This document shows positions 20,135 to 30,423 of a stretch of DNA of 64,000 nt, in pieces. Below the pieces are notes generated by a model. It did no database searches. It saw only the letters and a program-made list of their open reading frames with translations, and was not told where the DNA came from. The stretch is from Acidobacteriota bacterium (lineage in GTDB: Bacteria > Acidobacteriota > UBA6911 > RPQK01 > JAJDTT01), in assembly GCA_965209055.1 (NCBI GenBank), contig OZ242374.1, forward strand, positions 160,001-224,000. The letters run 5' to 3'. A program made the position numbers and the translations under genes. Each line of letters opens with the position of its first letter. Positions within the stretch are counted from its first letter, which is position 1.

Positions 20135-20935
20135 ATGCATGAAGATCCGATGGACGTGCTCCGCCGTGACGGTTATGTGATTCTGCGATCGGTCATTCCG
20201 GTCGACAAGGTGGGTGCGGTTCGAAGAAGTGTCGCCGCGACGGTTCGCGAGCACACGAGCCTGCCCCTGCCCCAGGGATACGTCACCGGTTTCCTCCGCT
20301 TGAATCAGGCCATCGCCCCCTACCTGACCCATCCCCGGATCATGGCCGTCGTCGACGAGCTCTTCGGCGACAACGCCCGCATCTCCATGCTCACCGGAAC
20401 CATCAACGGTCCCGGACTTCAGCGGGGGACAGTCCACGCCGACTGGCCCTACAACCAGGACCAGTTCTCCTGCGTCCGTGCCCCCTATCCCGACGTGATC
20501 TTGAATCTGGTGACCATGTGGATGATGTCCCGGTTCACCCGGGCCAACGGCGGAACCATGGTGATCCCCGGCAGCCACTTGCGGAACCGGGCTCCCCGAA
20601 AAGGGACCGACCTGGATCCCAACTCGGTATTCGAGGGGGAGACCCAGATCGAGGGAAACCCCGGAGACGTGGCCGTCTTCGATGCCCGGACCTGGCACAG
20701 CATCGCGCCCAACGTGACCAACGAGGAGCGGGTCGGGGTCCTGGTTCGATACGCTCCCTGGTGGGTCAACCTGGGGCCGCTGCGCCCCGGCAGCCGCGAC
20801 CGGAAGCAGATCATCGAGGATCGGGGAGGAGGCGACCATACCGATCCCAAGGTCCAGCCCCTGCCGGAATCGGTCTATCAACGCCTCCCCGCCGACGTGC
20901 AGCCCCTCGTCTACCACATGGTGGTTCCGGACTAG
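20135..20935 (+). CDS. Phytanoyl-CoA dioxygenase (PhyH) family Fe/2-oxoglutarate oxygenase
   Basis: HADWP, NGGT.VIPGSH and FDARTWH iron-binding motifs. Confidence 0.88.
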   Translation: MHEDPMDVLRRDGYVILRSVIPVDKVGAVRRSVAATVREHTSLPLPQGYVTGFLRLNQAIAPYLTHPRIMAVVDELFGDNARISMLTGTINGPGLQRGTVHADWPYNQDQFSCVRAPYPDVILNLVTMWMMSRFTRANGGTMVIPGSHLRNRAPRKGTDLDPNSVFEGETQIEGNPGDVAVFDARTWHSIAPNVTNEERVGVLVRYAPWWVNLGPLRPGSRDRKQIIEDRGGGDHTDPKVQPLPESVYQRLPADVQPLVYHMVVPD

Positions 20936-20995
20936 TCCCCCAATGCGAGCGGAGAGACCCGCCGCCGCGCAGAGCGAACGTCCGCACGACAGGCA

Positions 20996-21730
20996 ATGGA
21001 ACAATACGACTCCATCGCTGAAGCCTACCGGGATTCCAAGCAACTCCCGTTTCGGCACCTGATCGAGCGGTTCACACTGTTCGAGCTCCTGGGAGACGTT
21101 CGAGGAAACAGGGTCCTGGACCTGGCCTGCGGGGACGGCTTCTACACGCGGCTGCTGAAACGGGCCGGCGCGTCCGAGGTCACGGGCGTCGACGTCTCCA
21201 GGGAGATGATTCGATTGGCGGAACGGGAAGAAAGGAGCAATCCTCTCGGTTGCACTTATCTGCAGCGGGACGCCGCGGCCTTCGCACCGGCGGAGCCGGT
21301 CGACCTGGTCGTCGCCACGTACCTCCTGAACTACGCTAGCACTCGGGAGCGGCTCCTCCGCTTCTGCCAGGGCTGCCACGACGCGCTGCGGCCGGGAGGA
21401 CGTTTCGCCGGCGTGAACGACAACGTCCGGAATCCGCCCGTGGAGTCCGTTTCCCTGCAAAAATACGGCCTGGAGAAATCCTGCCCGCCCCGGCCGAAGG
21501 AAGGGGACGTCATTCTGTACGCCATCACCAACGAGGACGGGCAGCGATTCGAGTTCGAAAACTACTACCTCGAACCGCGCAGCTACGAGCGCGCCTTCCG
21601 CGCCGCCGGTTTCCGGGACTTCCGATGGGTGGAGCTGTCGCTGCACCCGTCCCAGCAAGACAATCCCTTCTGGGACGATTTCATGGCCTCCCCGCCCATC
21701 ACCGCCTTCGCGGCGTCAAGACCGGTGTGA
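20996..21730 (+). CDS. Class I SAM-dependent methyltransferase
   Basis: VLDLACGDG motif I, GVDVS, LRPGG. Confidence 0.9.
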   Translation: MEQYDSIAEAYRDSKQLPFRHLIERFTLFELLGDVRGNRVLDLACGDGFYTRLLKRAGASEVTGVDVSREMIRLAEREERSNPLGCTYLQRDAAAFAPAEPVDLVVATYLLNYASTRERLLRFCQGCHDALRPGGRFAGVNDNVRNPPVESVSLQKYGLEKSCPPRPKEGDVILYAITNEDGQRFEFENYYLEPRSYERAFRAAGFRDFRWVELSLHPSQQDNPFWDDFMASPPITAFAASRPV

Positions 21731-21749
21731 AACCCTCCCCGCCGCGCCG

Positions 21750-23366
21750 TCAGGTCCCGACATAGAGGGCGTAGACGCGGATTCCAGCCACCTTCTCTCC
21801 CTCGAAGCTCACCTTGATCTTGAAGGGTTTCTTCATTCCCGGGATCCCGTTCCCTTCCGGCCATGAGACCGGGACCCGCAACCCCGATTCCGTCAACAAG
21901 GCGGCCCCCTCGCCCGAATAACCGGCCATCGGCCGCTCCAACGCGTCATAGAGTTCCAGCCGAAGCGTGGCGTCTTCGGAAACTCCCTCGGCATTGACCC
22001 ACAGCGTCGCTTCGCCGCGGGCCTCGACGGCGGCCGTCATGAAGGCCGCCGGAATCGAGTCGTCCCGCACCGAGAAGGAGCCCAGGCGGTCCCGCTCCAG
22101 CGTAGCCAGACCCACGCCGCCCCGGGGCTCCAGCGACCCCGGGTCCCAGGCGCCGTACCAGATATAGGTCTCCTCTCCCACGTTCTCGAACCCCTGGCCC
22201 TGGATCAGGCCGCCCTGGTCCCATTCGTGGTCCTCCCCACGCCGGATGAAGATGAAATCGGTGAGAGGCTCCCGGAAATGGACGCCGTCGTTGCTGACGA
22301 CGAAACCCAGGTCCACGGTCCTGCCACGCCAATCGGGCGAGCCGTGCCAGACTCCGTAGAGCCCCAGCAGCACATTGCCCCGGTTCCAGACGCTGATCCC
22401 TTCGTGTGACTCTTCCCCGGAGCCGCTGGGGACTTTCTTGTGCTGTCCCTCCCGGGAAAAGGAGAGGGTCCCGGTGTGTTCCCACCGGACGAAATCGGGT
22501 GAGCGGTAGGTGCCCACCGACCGGCCCCAGGAGTCGACCGCATAGACCGGCCGGGCTCCCTGGCCCGATGCGTGAAACAGTCCGCCCCACTTGTAGAGTC
22601 CCCCGGCGGCCTCGAAGTGGTCGGTGGGGATGATCGTGTTTCCCTTGGGCAGGAGTCCGTTCTCGGGTGTCCCGGGAATGGCCAAACGCCAGCGCAGGCC
22701 GTCGCCGCTCACCGCGGGGGCCAGGGTCGCCAGCCCCTTCTTCCCGTCCTCGTGCCACCAGGTGTGCAGCGACATCTTGAACTGCCGGGAGGGATCGGGG
22801 TCTTCGGGGTCGTGGATCACCTTCAGGTTGATGACTCCCAGAGGCGCCGGCTCCATCAGCACCAGGTTGTTGTCCCGGCTGCCGTCGTACTCCTCCAGTC
22901 CCAGCGCGGGACGCGTCCAGTGAATTCCATCGGTGCTCTCGGCGTAGGCGGCGCGCCACTTCAACGGGATGATGTCCACCCGGGGAGTCCACATCATGTC
23001 CTCCTCCACGACTGTGAAGGGATCGCGGCCGATGGCCACGTACCAGAGCTTGAACTTCCCCTCGTGGCGAACCACGGAGCCGTAGAACTGGACCCCGAAC
23101 TCGTCCGGCGCCCCTTCCGGCCCCCGGGGCAGGACCGGATTGCCGGGATGCTTGCGCGGCGGATGCAGTTCCAACCCGACGTTCTGGGTGAAGGGAATCG
23201 AATGGTTGTCGAAGGGGAAGAGCGAAGCCTCCGCAACCGTCGGCCGGGTTCCCACCAGCACCGTCACCCCGTCCGGGCGATCGCCGGTGGGCGCTCCCGG
23301 CTGGCATGCGGCGCCCAGCACTAACCCGAGCAGCGGAATCATCCTCACTGAAAATGCCAGCTTCAT
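21750..23366 (-). CDS. Glycoside-hydrolase-like beta-propeller protein, probable lipoprotein
   Basis: LGAAC lipobox-like end of signal peptide; KHPGNPVL, AYAESTDGIHW, LATLERDR. Confidence 0.7.
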   Translation of the reverse strand: MKLAFSVRMIPLLGLVLGAACQPGAPTGDRPDGVTVLVGTRPTVAEASLFPFDNHSIPFTQNVGLELHPPRKHPGNPVLPRGPEGAPDEFGVQFYGSVVRHEGKFKLWYVAIGRDPFTVVEEDMMWTPRVDIIPLKWRAAYAESTDGIHWTRPALGLEEYDGSRDNNLVLMEPAPLGVINLKVIHDPEDPDPSRQFKMSLHTWWHEDGKKGLATLAPAVSGDGLRWRLAIPGTPENGLLPKGNTIIPTDHFEAAGGLYKWGGLFHASGQGARPVYAVDSWGRSVGTYRSPDFVRWEHTGTLSFSREGQHKKVPSGSGEESHEGISVWNRGNVLLGLYGVWHGSPDWRGRTVDLGFVVSNDGVHFREPLTDFIFIRRGEDHEWDQGGLIQGQGFENVGEETYIWYGAWDPGSLEPRGGVGLATLERDRLGSFSVRDDSIPAAFMTAAVEARGEATLWVNAEGVSEDATLRLELYDALERPMAGYSGEGAALLTESGLRVPVSWPEGNGIPGMKKPFKIKVSFEGEKVAGIRVYALYVGT

Positions 23367-23390
23367 TTGTCCGATCTCTCTTCCTTGGCC

Positions 23391-23470
23391 AGGAGGGGGG
23401 ACATTCCTGTCCCCCTGTCTTCTCTTTTGCGGTCAGGAAGCGTACAGGGGGGACTGCCGTCCCCTCTACG
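23391..23470. repeat. REP-like palindrome pair
   Basis: GGAGGGGGGACATTCCTGTCCCCC and GGGGGACTGCCGTCCCCTCTAC. Confidence 0.75.
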
Positions 23471-24258
23471 GGAAGAATCTGTTAAGTATCTGATATTAAA
23501 GGAGTTATGATCTATCCTCCCGAGCAGGTTACATCATTGCATCCCACCTTCTAAACGGGATTCCATTCGACCCTATTGGAGGTCCGTGGACTCCAGGGAC
23601 GAGTTTCGCGCCTCGACTCCCAGGTTTCAAGCGCCTGCGCGCTCCAGGAATTGGGGGCCTACATTCGGAGCCGACTGGGTCCGTATGGCCAGGACTTCCG
23701 GAAACGGGCGAACGTCCCACTCCCGGTTGGAAGCCCGTCGAGACCGCGCGAGGGTCCCATTCTCATGGGACGCGCGACGAACAGAAGCGCCAGGTTCACT
23801 GGCGGCAAGGTGAGCCGCCAGGGGTTCTGGCGCCACTGGGGGGTCTGGGGTGATAGGGCCTCCCGGTCCGTCCTCCGTTCCGGGTTGCCGGAGAAACCGC
23901 GCCCTGCGCTTCGTCCGCCGCCTGCTCCGGTGCCGCCACGGCGTGGAGGCGGCTCTCGACGGCCGGGCCACCACCCGCACCGGCCGCCTCGTCGGCCAGG
24001 CCCTGTACCGGGGGCTGGGCCTGGAGCGGACCCCGACGCGGACCTCCACCTGCCGTTCCGAGTTCAGACCTTCCGGGGTTCGGTCCCGATCCTCGTCCAA
24101 GAGGACGCCGAAGATCCACCTGCACCTGCGGACCCCAGTGGCACGCGTCGCCTGTGGTCATCCCTGGATCCTGCGGAAGGGATGTGAACGGAGGCCTGGC
24201 AGAGCCCTAACAGGTCTTCCGGATTCTTCTCCGGGGCCTTCCCGCAGGGATCAATGAA

Positions 24259-24355
24259 GAAGTGAGCGACCCCCCCAGGGGGTATTGCGCAGATGTAAAT
24301 TGCGCAATACCCCCGCGCCCGCACCGGGCGGGAAAAAGGGGGGGTCGCTCACTTC
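24259..24355. other. Nested perfect inverted repeats (three-way junction)
   Basis: 18-bp outer IR (24259-24276 / 24338-24355), 14-bp inner IR (24278-24291 / 24301-24314) and a 5-bp third hairpin (24316-24330). Confidence 0.85.
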
Positions 24356-24601
24356 CACCTCCGCTTTCCCCGTGCGGGCGCGGCGAAGCCGGGAATGTGG
24401 CCGTAACTGATTGAGCGACAAAGAGATCGGGGAAATTGGAGGTGTGAGTCAAAAGGCGTCCGGGATGGAACTCGGGTCCAATGTCTCACTCACACTCCCG
24501 GATCGACACCGTACCCCACTTTTCAGCGGTCAAATTCGAGCTCCCGGACGCCGGCTCGAACGCCCGATCCCGAAGCCTGCCGGGGGGGCCACCACGGTGG
24601 C

Positions 24602-25801
24602 TCAACGGAGCCGGACGGACGCCCGAGGCCGGCTCCCGCCGGCCAGATAGCTCGCCCATTCCTCCATGAGCACGCGCCGCCGCTCGAACAGGTCCGTGCG
24701 CCGGTACGCCGCCTCGACCACCTCGCGCGGATGGTCCGTCTCCTCCGCCGCCCAGTCCCGGAACGACGACCGGAACCCGTGCGGCACGGCTGCGATCCCG
24801 TTCCGGCGCAGCAGCTTGCGCAACCGGCCGGAGCCGAGCGGTCTTCCGCCCCTTCGGGCGAAGATCAACCGGGCTGCTCCATGATCCAGCGTGCGTGCCT
24901 TCTCCAGGATTTCGTTCGCCCGGCGGCACAAAGGCACCCGGTGCGCCCGTTTGGTCTTCATGCGCATTCCGGGAACCGTCCACATCCCTTCCGCCGGATC
25001 GATCTCCGACCACTCGGCCCACCGCACCTCGCCCCACCTCGCTGCCGTGAGCACCAGGAACTCGAAGGCCAGCAGGGACACGGGCATCGCGTTGGAGGCC
25101 CGCACCTTCCGGAGGGCCGGCCCCACCTCGCGATGCGGCAAGGCCGGCATGTGCCGCACCACGTCGTCCTGTGCTCCGAGGACCGACACGACCCGGTCGC
25201 AGGGGTTGTCGGTCCGGTATTCCATCGCCACGGCCCACTCCAGGACCGTGCGGAGGCGCTGACGCACGGTTCGGGCCGTGCGCGACTTCACGTGCCAGAT
25301 GGGCACGAGGATCTCCAGGACATCGCCGCTGGTCACCTCCGAGACCGGCATCCGGCCGATGCACGGAAAGGCGTAGCGTCGAAAGCTCGCCATCCAGTCG
25401 TGGGCCTGCCTTTGATTGCGCCAGCCGGACCGCTTCTGCTCCACCACCCGCTCGGCGGCTTCGGCGAAGGTGGGCATGTTCCGGGTGCGGCGTCTCTCGG
25501 TCAGGGGATCCCCACCCTCGCGGGCCAGCTTGCGGTTGGCCCGCGCCTTCTGGCGCGCCTCGGCCAGGGACACCAGCGCCACACCGCCGAGACCGAAGTC
25601 GCGGCGGCGACCGCGGATGACGAGGCGTTGGATCCAGCTTCGAGCTCCGTTAGGCTTGACGTAGAGGTAGAGGCCGTTGCCGTCGCAGTGTTTGCCCGGT
25701 GGGGCGGAGCGCACGAAAGCGGCGGAAAGCGCCTTGTGGGGATGGCGGCCCTTCGGCTTGGTTTTCCGGGCCGAAAGGGGAGAATCAGTTACATCGAACA
25801 T
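24602..25801 (-). CDS. P4-like phage integrase (arm-binding domain + tyrosine recombinase), probably inactivated by an internal deletion
   Basis: DGNGLYL, LTAARWGE and PHGFRSSFRDW are present. EVVEAAYRRTDL lacks the usual intervening LAH segment. Confidence 0.85.
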   Translation of the reverse strand: MFDVTDSPLSARKTKPKGRHPHKALSAAFVRSAPPGKHCDGNGLYLYVKPNGARSWIQRLVIRGRRRDFGLGGVALVSLAEARQKARANRKLAREGGDPLTERRRTRNMPTFAEAAERVVEQKRSGWRNQRQAHDWMASFRRYAFPCIGRMPVSEVTSGDVLEILVPIWHVKSRTARTVRQRLRTVLEWAVAMEYRTDNPCDRVVSVLGAQDDVVRHMPALPHREVGPALRKVRASNAMPVSLLAFEFLVLTAARWGEVRWAEWSEIDPAEGMWTVPGMRMKTKRAHRVPLCRRANEILEKARTLDHGAARLIFARRGGRPLGSGRLRKLLRRNGIAAVPHGFRSSFRDWAAEETDHPREVVEAAYRRTDLFERRRVLMEEWASYLAGGSRPRASVRLR

Positions 25802-25941
25802 TACGCCATAATAAACGGGATGGAGTAGGATATCAAGGGACGTCAGGGGAGGCCGAAACGGGGTAAGTTCGGGTCTAAACTGAAGAAATAAAACCACTTA
25901 AAAGGAATTCCGGGATCTCTGTGGATCTCTCTGGATTCAAT

Positions 25942-25999
25942 GGGAGTGTTGCCGTCCCCCCGACCCCCCCTAATCGGCGACAGGAAAGTCGCCGCTCCT
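25942..25999. repeat. Composite REP unit
   Basis: TGCCGTCCCCCC plus CGGCGACAGGAAAGTCGCCGCTCC. Confidence 0.75.
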
Positions 26000-26003
26000 C
26001 CCC

Positions 26004-27701
26004 TCATTCGTCCCTCGTCGCTGCGACCCGCTCGATGAGCATTCCAGCCGGGTCCGGCGACGCCGCGCTGGAGCGCAGCCGCAAGTAGCTCAGAGGATCA
26101 TTGTCGTTATTCAGCCGGGGCAGGTCCAATGCGGTCTTGCCGTCGACCGCCACCGAGCAGCGGTTGCGATTCAGGTCCCAGGCGAGGCGGAGAGCATGCC
26201 AGCGGCCCTTGGCCAGGACCGGTCCGCCCTCGATCCTTCCAGCGGCGTCTAAATGAAGCCGGAAAACCTCCAACCGTTCGGCCGCCGGCTCAGCCGGCTG
26301 AATAAACCGGTCGGCGAGAGCGATGACTCCGCCCCCGAAGCCTTCCGGCAGCAGGACCCGGAGTGAGACCTGCCCTCGCCTTCCGGCCGGAAAGTTCCAG
26401 ACGGCCTCGTCGCCGCTCTTCTCATCGGGCCGCCGCACCTGAAGCGACTTGGCGCCCTCCCGGGTGGGATGATCCACCAGCCGGGGACCCTGGACCCGGT
26501 CGCGCCAGTAGTATTCGGCGGGCCCGAAGGGCTTGAAGACGCTCCAGCCTTCCAACCCCGCCGAGAAGTCGTCCTCCCGGGTGGTGGCCCCGATCCATTC
26601 CGGGTCGATGCGCACCAGGGCGATCCGGCCCTGTCCCTGACCCGTCGCCAGGATGACCTTTCCGTCTCGGGTCGCCGTGGAAAAGGGATAGGCGGTCCCG
26701 CGGTCGCCGCGCCGGGGAGGGGGCCGGTTGCGGTTGGGATCCCGGAAGGCCTCCCGGTATCCCTTCCAGGTCCTTCCTTCGTCGCCGGAGATGGCCACGT
26801 GGAGGGCATCGCGCGTCGTGTACACGGCCTCTCCGTCCACGCGCGACGGGTTCTCGCAGTTGTTCCAGAACACCACCAGCCGGCCGTCGGGCAGGCGCAA
26901 CAGGTTGGCCGGAGAGTTGGAGGAGCGGAAGCGTGTGGGCCTGGCCTCGGACCACTCGACCCCGTCCGGGGAGAACGATTCGTAGAGGAAACTGGTCTGG
27001 GTCCGGATCAACATCCAGACCCGGCCGTCCCGAAGCTGGACCGCTACCGGCTCGGTCGCGCCGTAGTTGCTGCCGATGTAGCCGCTGCGGCAGGGAGAGG
27101 TGAGCCGCGCCGGCGAGAGCCGCCAGCTCCGGCCGCCGTCGTCCGAGGTGCTGGTGGTGACCACGTGGGACCCCGTGGGCGGCTCCGACCGCAATCCCGG
27201 AACCCAGAACTGCTGGGGCAGCACGATCCTTCCGCTCTCGAGTTGGAGGACCCCGTTCAAGGCCCCCACGTAGCCTTCGAAGATCCTCTTGGGATCGGAC
27301 CACCGGGACCGGCCGTCCCGCGTCGCCGCATGCCAGATGTCGTAGAAGTAATCCACGGTCGGCGTCCGCCCGGCGCCCCGCAGCACCAGCATGAAGGCGT
27401 GCAGCTCTCCCTCCCGGTCTACCAGCACCACCGGAACGCCGGCGGGATTCCTGAACTCGAACTCGACCCGGGGCTCGCTCCAGGTGACTCCTCCGTCACT
27501 GGAGCGGATCGAGGCGCAGTGTTTTCCGGAGACCATGTAGAGAATGCAGAGTTCGCCTCCCGGCAGCGTCACGATGGCCTTGCCGGGCGGAGACGCCCGG
27601 AGCAACACCGGCGGGTCGGCACCTCGGACCGGAAATCCCAGAGCGACCAGTAGCAGGGTCGAAACCCAGGTGATTCGAACTGCGCGGCTGGAACTGCCCA
27701 T
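26004..27701 (-). CDS. Sialidase-like (BNR/Asp-box) secreted protein
   Basis: Asp boxes SSDGGVTW, SDDGGRSW, SPDGVEW and SGDEGRTW; signal peptide. Confidence 0.85.
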   Translation of the reverse strand: MGSSSRAVRITWVSTLLLVALGFPVRGADPPVLLRASPPGKAIVTLPGGELCILYMVSGKHCASIRSSDGGVTWSEPRVEFEFRNPAGVPVVLVDREGELHAFMLVLRGAGRTPTVDYFYDIWHAATRDGRSRWSDPKRIFEGYVGALNGVLQLESGRIVLPQQFWVPGLRSEPPTGSHVVTTSTSDDGGRSWRLSPARLTSPCRSGYIGSNYGATEPVAVQLRDGRVWMLIRTQTSFLYESFSPDGVEWSEARPTRFRSSNSPANLLRLPDGRLVVFWNNCENPSRVDGEAVYTTRDALHVAISGDEGRTWKGYREAFRDPNRNRPPPRRGDRGTAYPFSTATRDGKVILATGQGQGRIALVRIDPEWIGATTREDDFSAGLEGWSVFKPFGPAEYYWRDRVQGPRLVDHPTREGAKSLQVRRPDEKSGDEAVWNFPAGRRGQVSLRVLLPEGFGGGVIALADRFIQPAEPAAERLEVFRLHLDAAGRIEGGPVLAKGRWHALRLAWDLNRNRCSVAVDGKTALDLPRLNNDNDPLSYLRLRSSAASPDPAGMLIERVAATRDE

Positions 27702-27892
27702 CCCGCGGTAAATGGTAGTGGAATGTAGCCGGGAAGTGGAATCGGGAAGCCGTTCGCAAATGCCAAGGGGACTCCGTAAGAGCACCTGTCCCTCAATTCC
27801 CAAGGTCTGAATTTCCGGGGAACGGTCTTCGCGCTGGGGTTTGGCTTCCGGGCATCTTGCCTGTACATGTATCCTTCTCCTTTGGGCTTCAA

Positions 27893-27990
27893 GGCGGCCA
27901 GTTCCGCATCCGGATCAATGCGCAGAGGCGAATCTGCTTCCGCCGGTGGGAAGATGGACCCTGCAAAGTCGCGATCGTGGACGATAATCG
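27893..27990 (+). pseudogene. HigB toxin C-terminal relic
   Basis: GQFRIRINAQRRICFRRWEDGPCKVAIVDD resembles the HigB consensus GQxSIRINxQWRICFxW...VEIVDYH; followed by GGAGG and an ATG stub. Confidence 0.65.
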
Positions 27991-28043
27991 TGGAGGTCAT
28001 GGCCCATATCGCGAGGCCGCATCGCCTTTAGGAGACGGAGACG

Positions 28044-29309
28044 ATGATTCAGAACCTGACTGTTCGTAGTTTCAAATCACTCTCCAACATTTCAATGGAA
28101 TTTCCCCGGCTGACGATTCTCTTCGGACCTAATGCCGCGGGAAAGAGCAACCTCCTCGACGCGATCCAAGCTCTGTCGAGGATCGGTACAGAGCGCACGC
28201 TGATGGATGCCCTCGGTGGACAAATGATTCGGGGATACCCGATCGAAGCATTTGCTCTGCCGGCCGGTGGAATCCCGGAATTACTCTCGAAATCTACCGC
28301 CAGGTTTTCGATTTCTGCAGACTTGGCAATCCCTGACGGGCGAAAAATCAGAAAGAACCGTTACCGTTATCGAATCGAGGTGGAAATCGCCTCCAAGTCG
28401 GGTGCTCTGGCCAACTGTGACGAGTATCTGTCGGCTCTGTCAACGACCGGAAATGAGAAAGGAGTGCCGGCAATTGAAGTGGAATCGGAGCCTCAGCGTT
28501 TGAAGATCCGGCGCCAGAGTGGGGGCGGGAGACCTCGTTTCGAGGACCTCAATCAGAACTACGCCATCCTCTCCGACCCACGGTTAGGAAGCCCGGCACA
28601 CAAGTACATCGAACGGGTTCGGGAAGAACTCTTCGGCTGGAGAACCTACTACCTGGATCCGCGGCTGGCGATGCGGCGTGCGTCGCCACCACTGGATGTG
28701 TTTGATATAGGTGTGTTCGGAGAGGACATCGCAGCCTTCCTCTACAAACTCAAGGCAGAGCGCAGAAAGAACTTTGAATCGGTCGTCCGAACTGTGCAAT
28801 CGATAATTCCAAGCGTCGAGGCATTCGACATCGATCTGGACGAGCGTCGAGGCATTCTTGACATCAACGTTCAGCAGAACGGCACCAACTACTCTTCCCG
28901 CGTCGTTTCCGAGGGGACACTCCGAGTGCTGGCGCTCTGTGCAATCTCAGCGAATCCGTGGAGTGGCTCGCTTCTTGCGTTCGAGGAACCCGAGAATGGT
29001 GTGCATCCGAGACGGATAGAACTGATTGCCAAAATGCTGACGGCAATGGCTGTGGAGCAAGAACGCCAAGTCGTCCTGACGACCCACTCGCCGCTTTTTT
29101 GCGATGCCGTGCTCAAAGAAGCCCGGGGGCGGCCACATGGCGATATCGCTTTGTACAACGTTCGCCGCGTAGGCCGGGAAACTCAAATCCAGCGCTTCGA
29201 TCCCCCTGTCGAGTTGTTCGATCAGCCCGACATCATGAGCAATCTCACGAGTAAGACGGAAGATGGCATCTTCGAATTCATGGTCATGCGTGGATGGCTC
29301 AATGAATGA
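28044..29309 (+). CDS. ABC/SMC-like AAA ATPase (AAA_21-type)
   Basis: Walker A GPNAAGKS, signature VSEGT, Walker B AFEEPENGVHP, TTHS switch; RBS GGAG. Confidence 0.9.
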   Translation: MIQNLTVRSFKSLSNISMEFPRLTILFGPNAAGKSNLLDAIQALSRIGTERTLMDALGGQMIRGYPIEAFALPAGGIPELLSKSTARFSISADLAIPDGRKIRKNRYRYRIEVEIASKSGALANCDEYLSALSTTGNEKGVPAIEVESEPQRLKIRRQSGGGRPRFEDLNQNYAILSDPRLGSPAHKYIERVREELFGWRTYYLDPRLAMRRASPPLDVFDIGVFGEDIAAFLYKLKAERRKNFESVVRTVQSIIPSVEAFDIDLDERRGILDINVQQNGTNYSSRVVSEGTLRVLALCAISANPWSGSLLAFEEPENGVHPRRIELIAKMLTAMAVEQERQVVLTTHSPLFCDAVLKEARGRPHGDIALYNVRRVGRETQIQRFDPPVELFDQPDIMSNLTSKTEDGIFEFMVMRGWLNE

Positions 29310-29910
29310 AGCTCTGGCCGTCGAGCTGTTTATGGAAGACGCAGCGCACGAGAATCTGCTTGTGCCATTGGTGAAGCGCATTGCCTTGGAAGAAGGCGTA
29401 GACGTCCGTAGCCAAGTACGAACGGCGCGCGGTGGTCACCCACGGGTGTTCAGTGAACTTGAATTCTATCTGCGGTATCGGCGACATCTTGGCCTCGATG
29501 CTACCCTGGATATGATCATTGTCGCGATCGACTCCAACTGCAATAGCTTTGCACAAACCAGATCCAGGATCGAAGATGCAGTGGGGCAAGAGCATCTTCA
29601 TCTACTGGTTGCGGCCTGTCCGGACCCCCATATCGAGCGTTGGTATATGGCAGATGTGAATTCCTTTTACGAAGTTGTCGGCTATCAACCTGATCTCGGT
29701 TCCGAAAAATGCGAGAGAAACTACTATAAGGCGATTCTTCGAAAAGCGGTTCAGATGGGAGGGCATCCGCAGACCCTCGGTGGGATTGAGTTCGCGGCCG
29801 AACTCGCAGAAAAGATGGATCTGTACCGGGCCGGAAGAATGGAGCGATCACTGAAAGTGTTCGTAGAAGATTTGCGGAGCAAATATCGAATTCGAGTCCC
29901 GGCTCCGTAA
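29302..29910 (+). CDS. DUF4276-like (TOPRIM-like) partner of the AAA ATPase
   Basis: Overlaps the ATPase stop; LFMED, IIVAIDSN, HIERWYMAD and SLKVFVEDL pattern. Confidence 0.65.
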   Translation: MNEALAVELFMEDAAHENLLVPLVKRIALEEGVDVRSQVRTARGGHPRVFSELEFYLRYRRHLGLDATLDMIIVAIDSNCNSFAQTRSRIEDAVGQEHLHLLVAACPDPHIERWYMADVNSFYEVVGYQPDLGSEKCERNYYKAILRKAVQMGGHPQTLGGIEFAAELAEKMDLYRAGRMERSLKVFVEDLRSKYRIRVPAP

Positions 29911-30111
29911 CGACATCGGCCGAAAGAGTTGTTCCGGGCGAGTTGTTCCCAAGGATTCTCCTCGCCGGAACAGGCGCTGCGGGAACCGCCAGTGGTGACC
30001 CTTGTGACCTCGTACCCCGGAGCCTTTCAATACCGGCGGTCGCCGGCACTGCTGCGGCAACATGGTCGACGATCGGGCTACTGAGAGCCAGAAAGAAATC
30101 CAGATAGATCA

Positions 30112-30423
30112 ATGACATCACGCATCGCCCTTCCAGAGGAAGAAATCGCTGCCTTTTGCCGGCGTTGGCGCATCATTGAATTGGCGGTGTTTGGTTCAGT
30201 GTTGCGAGACGATTTTGGTCCCGAAAGCGACGTGGATGTACTCGTCCGCTTTGACCCGCAAGCGCGTCACACTCTTCTGGATGTTGCACAGATGCAGGAC
30301 GAGTTGAGTTCGACGCTCGGCCGGGAGGCGGACTTGGTCGAGAGAGCCGCCGTCGAGCGAAGTCCAAACTACATTCGCCGCAGGGCCATTCTCCAGTCTG
30401 CCGAGATCGTATATGCGGCGTAG
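30112..30423 (+). CDS. Minimal nucleotidyltransferase (MNT) antitoxin
   Basis: FGSVLRDDFGPESDVDVLV motif. Confidence 0.9.
   Translation: MTSRIALPEEEIAAFCRRWRIIELAVFGSVLRDDFGPESDVDVLVRFDPQARHTLLDVAQMQDELSSTLGREADLVERAAVERSPNYIRRRAILQSAEIVYAA

Noticed and set aside
25898-26003. tRNA gene expected next to the P4-like integrase
   Set aside because: Only TGG remains before REP sequence; no cloverleaf or T-loop motif.
29926-30010. Short direct repeats GAGTTGTTCC and GTGACC
   Set aside because: Only two copies each and too short to support a function.
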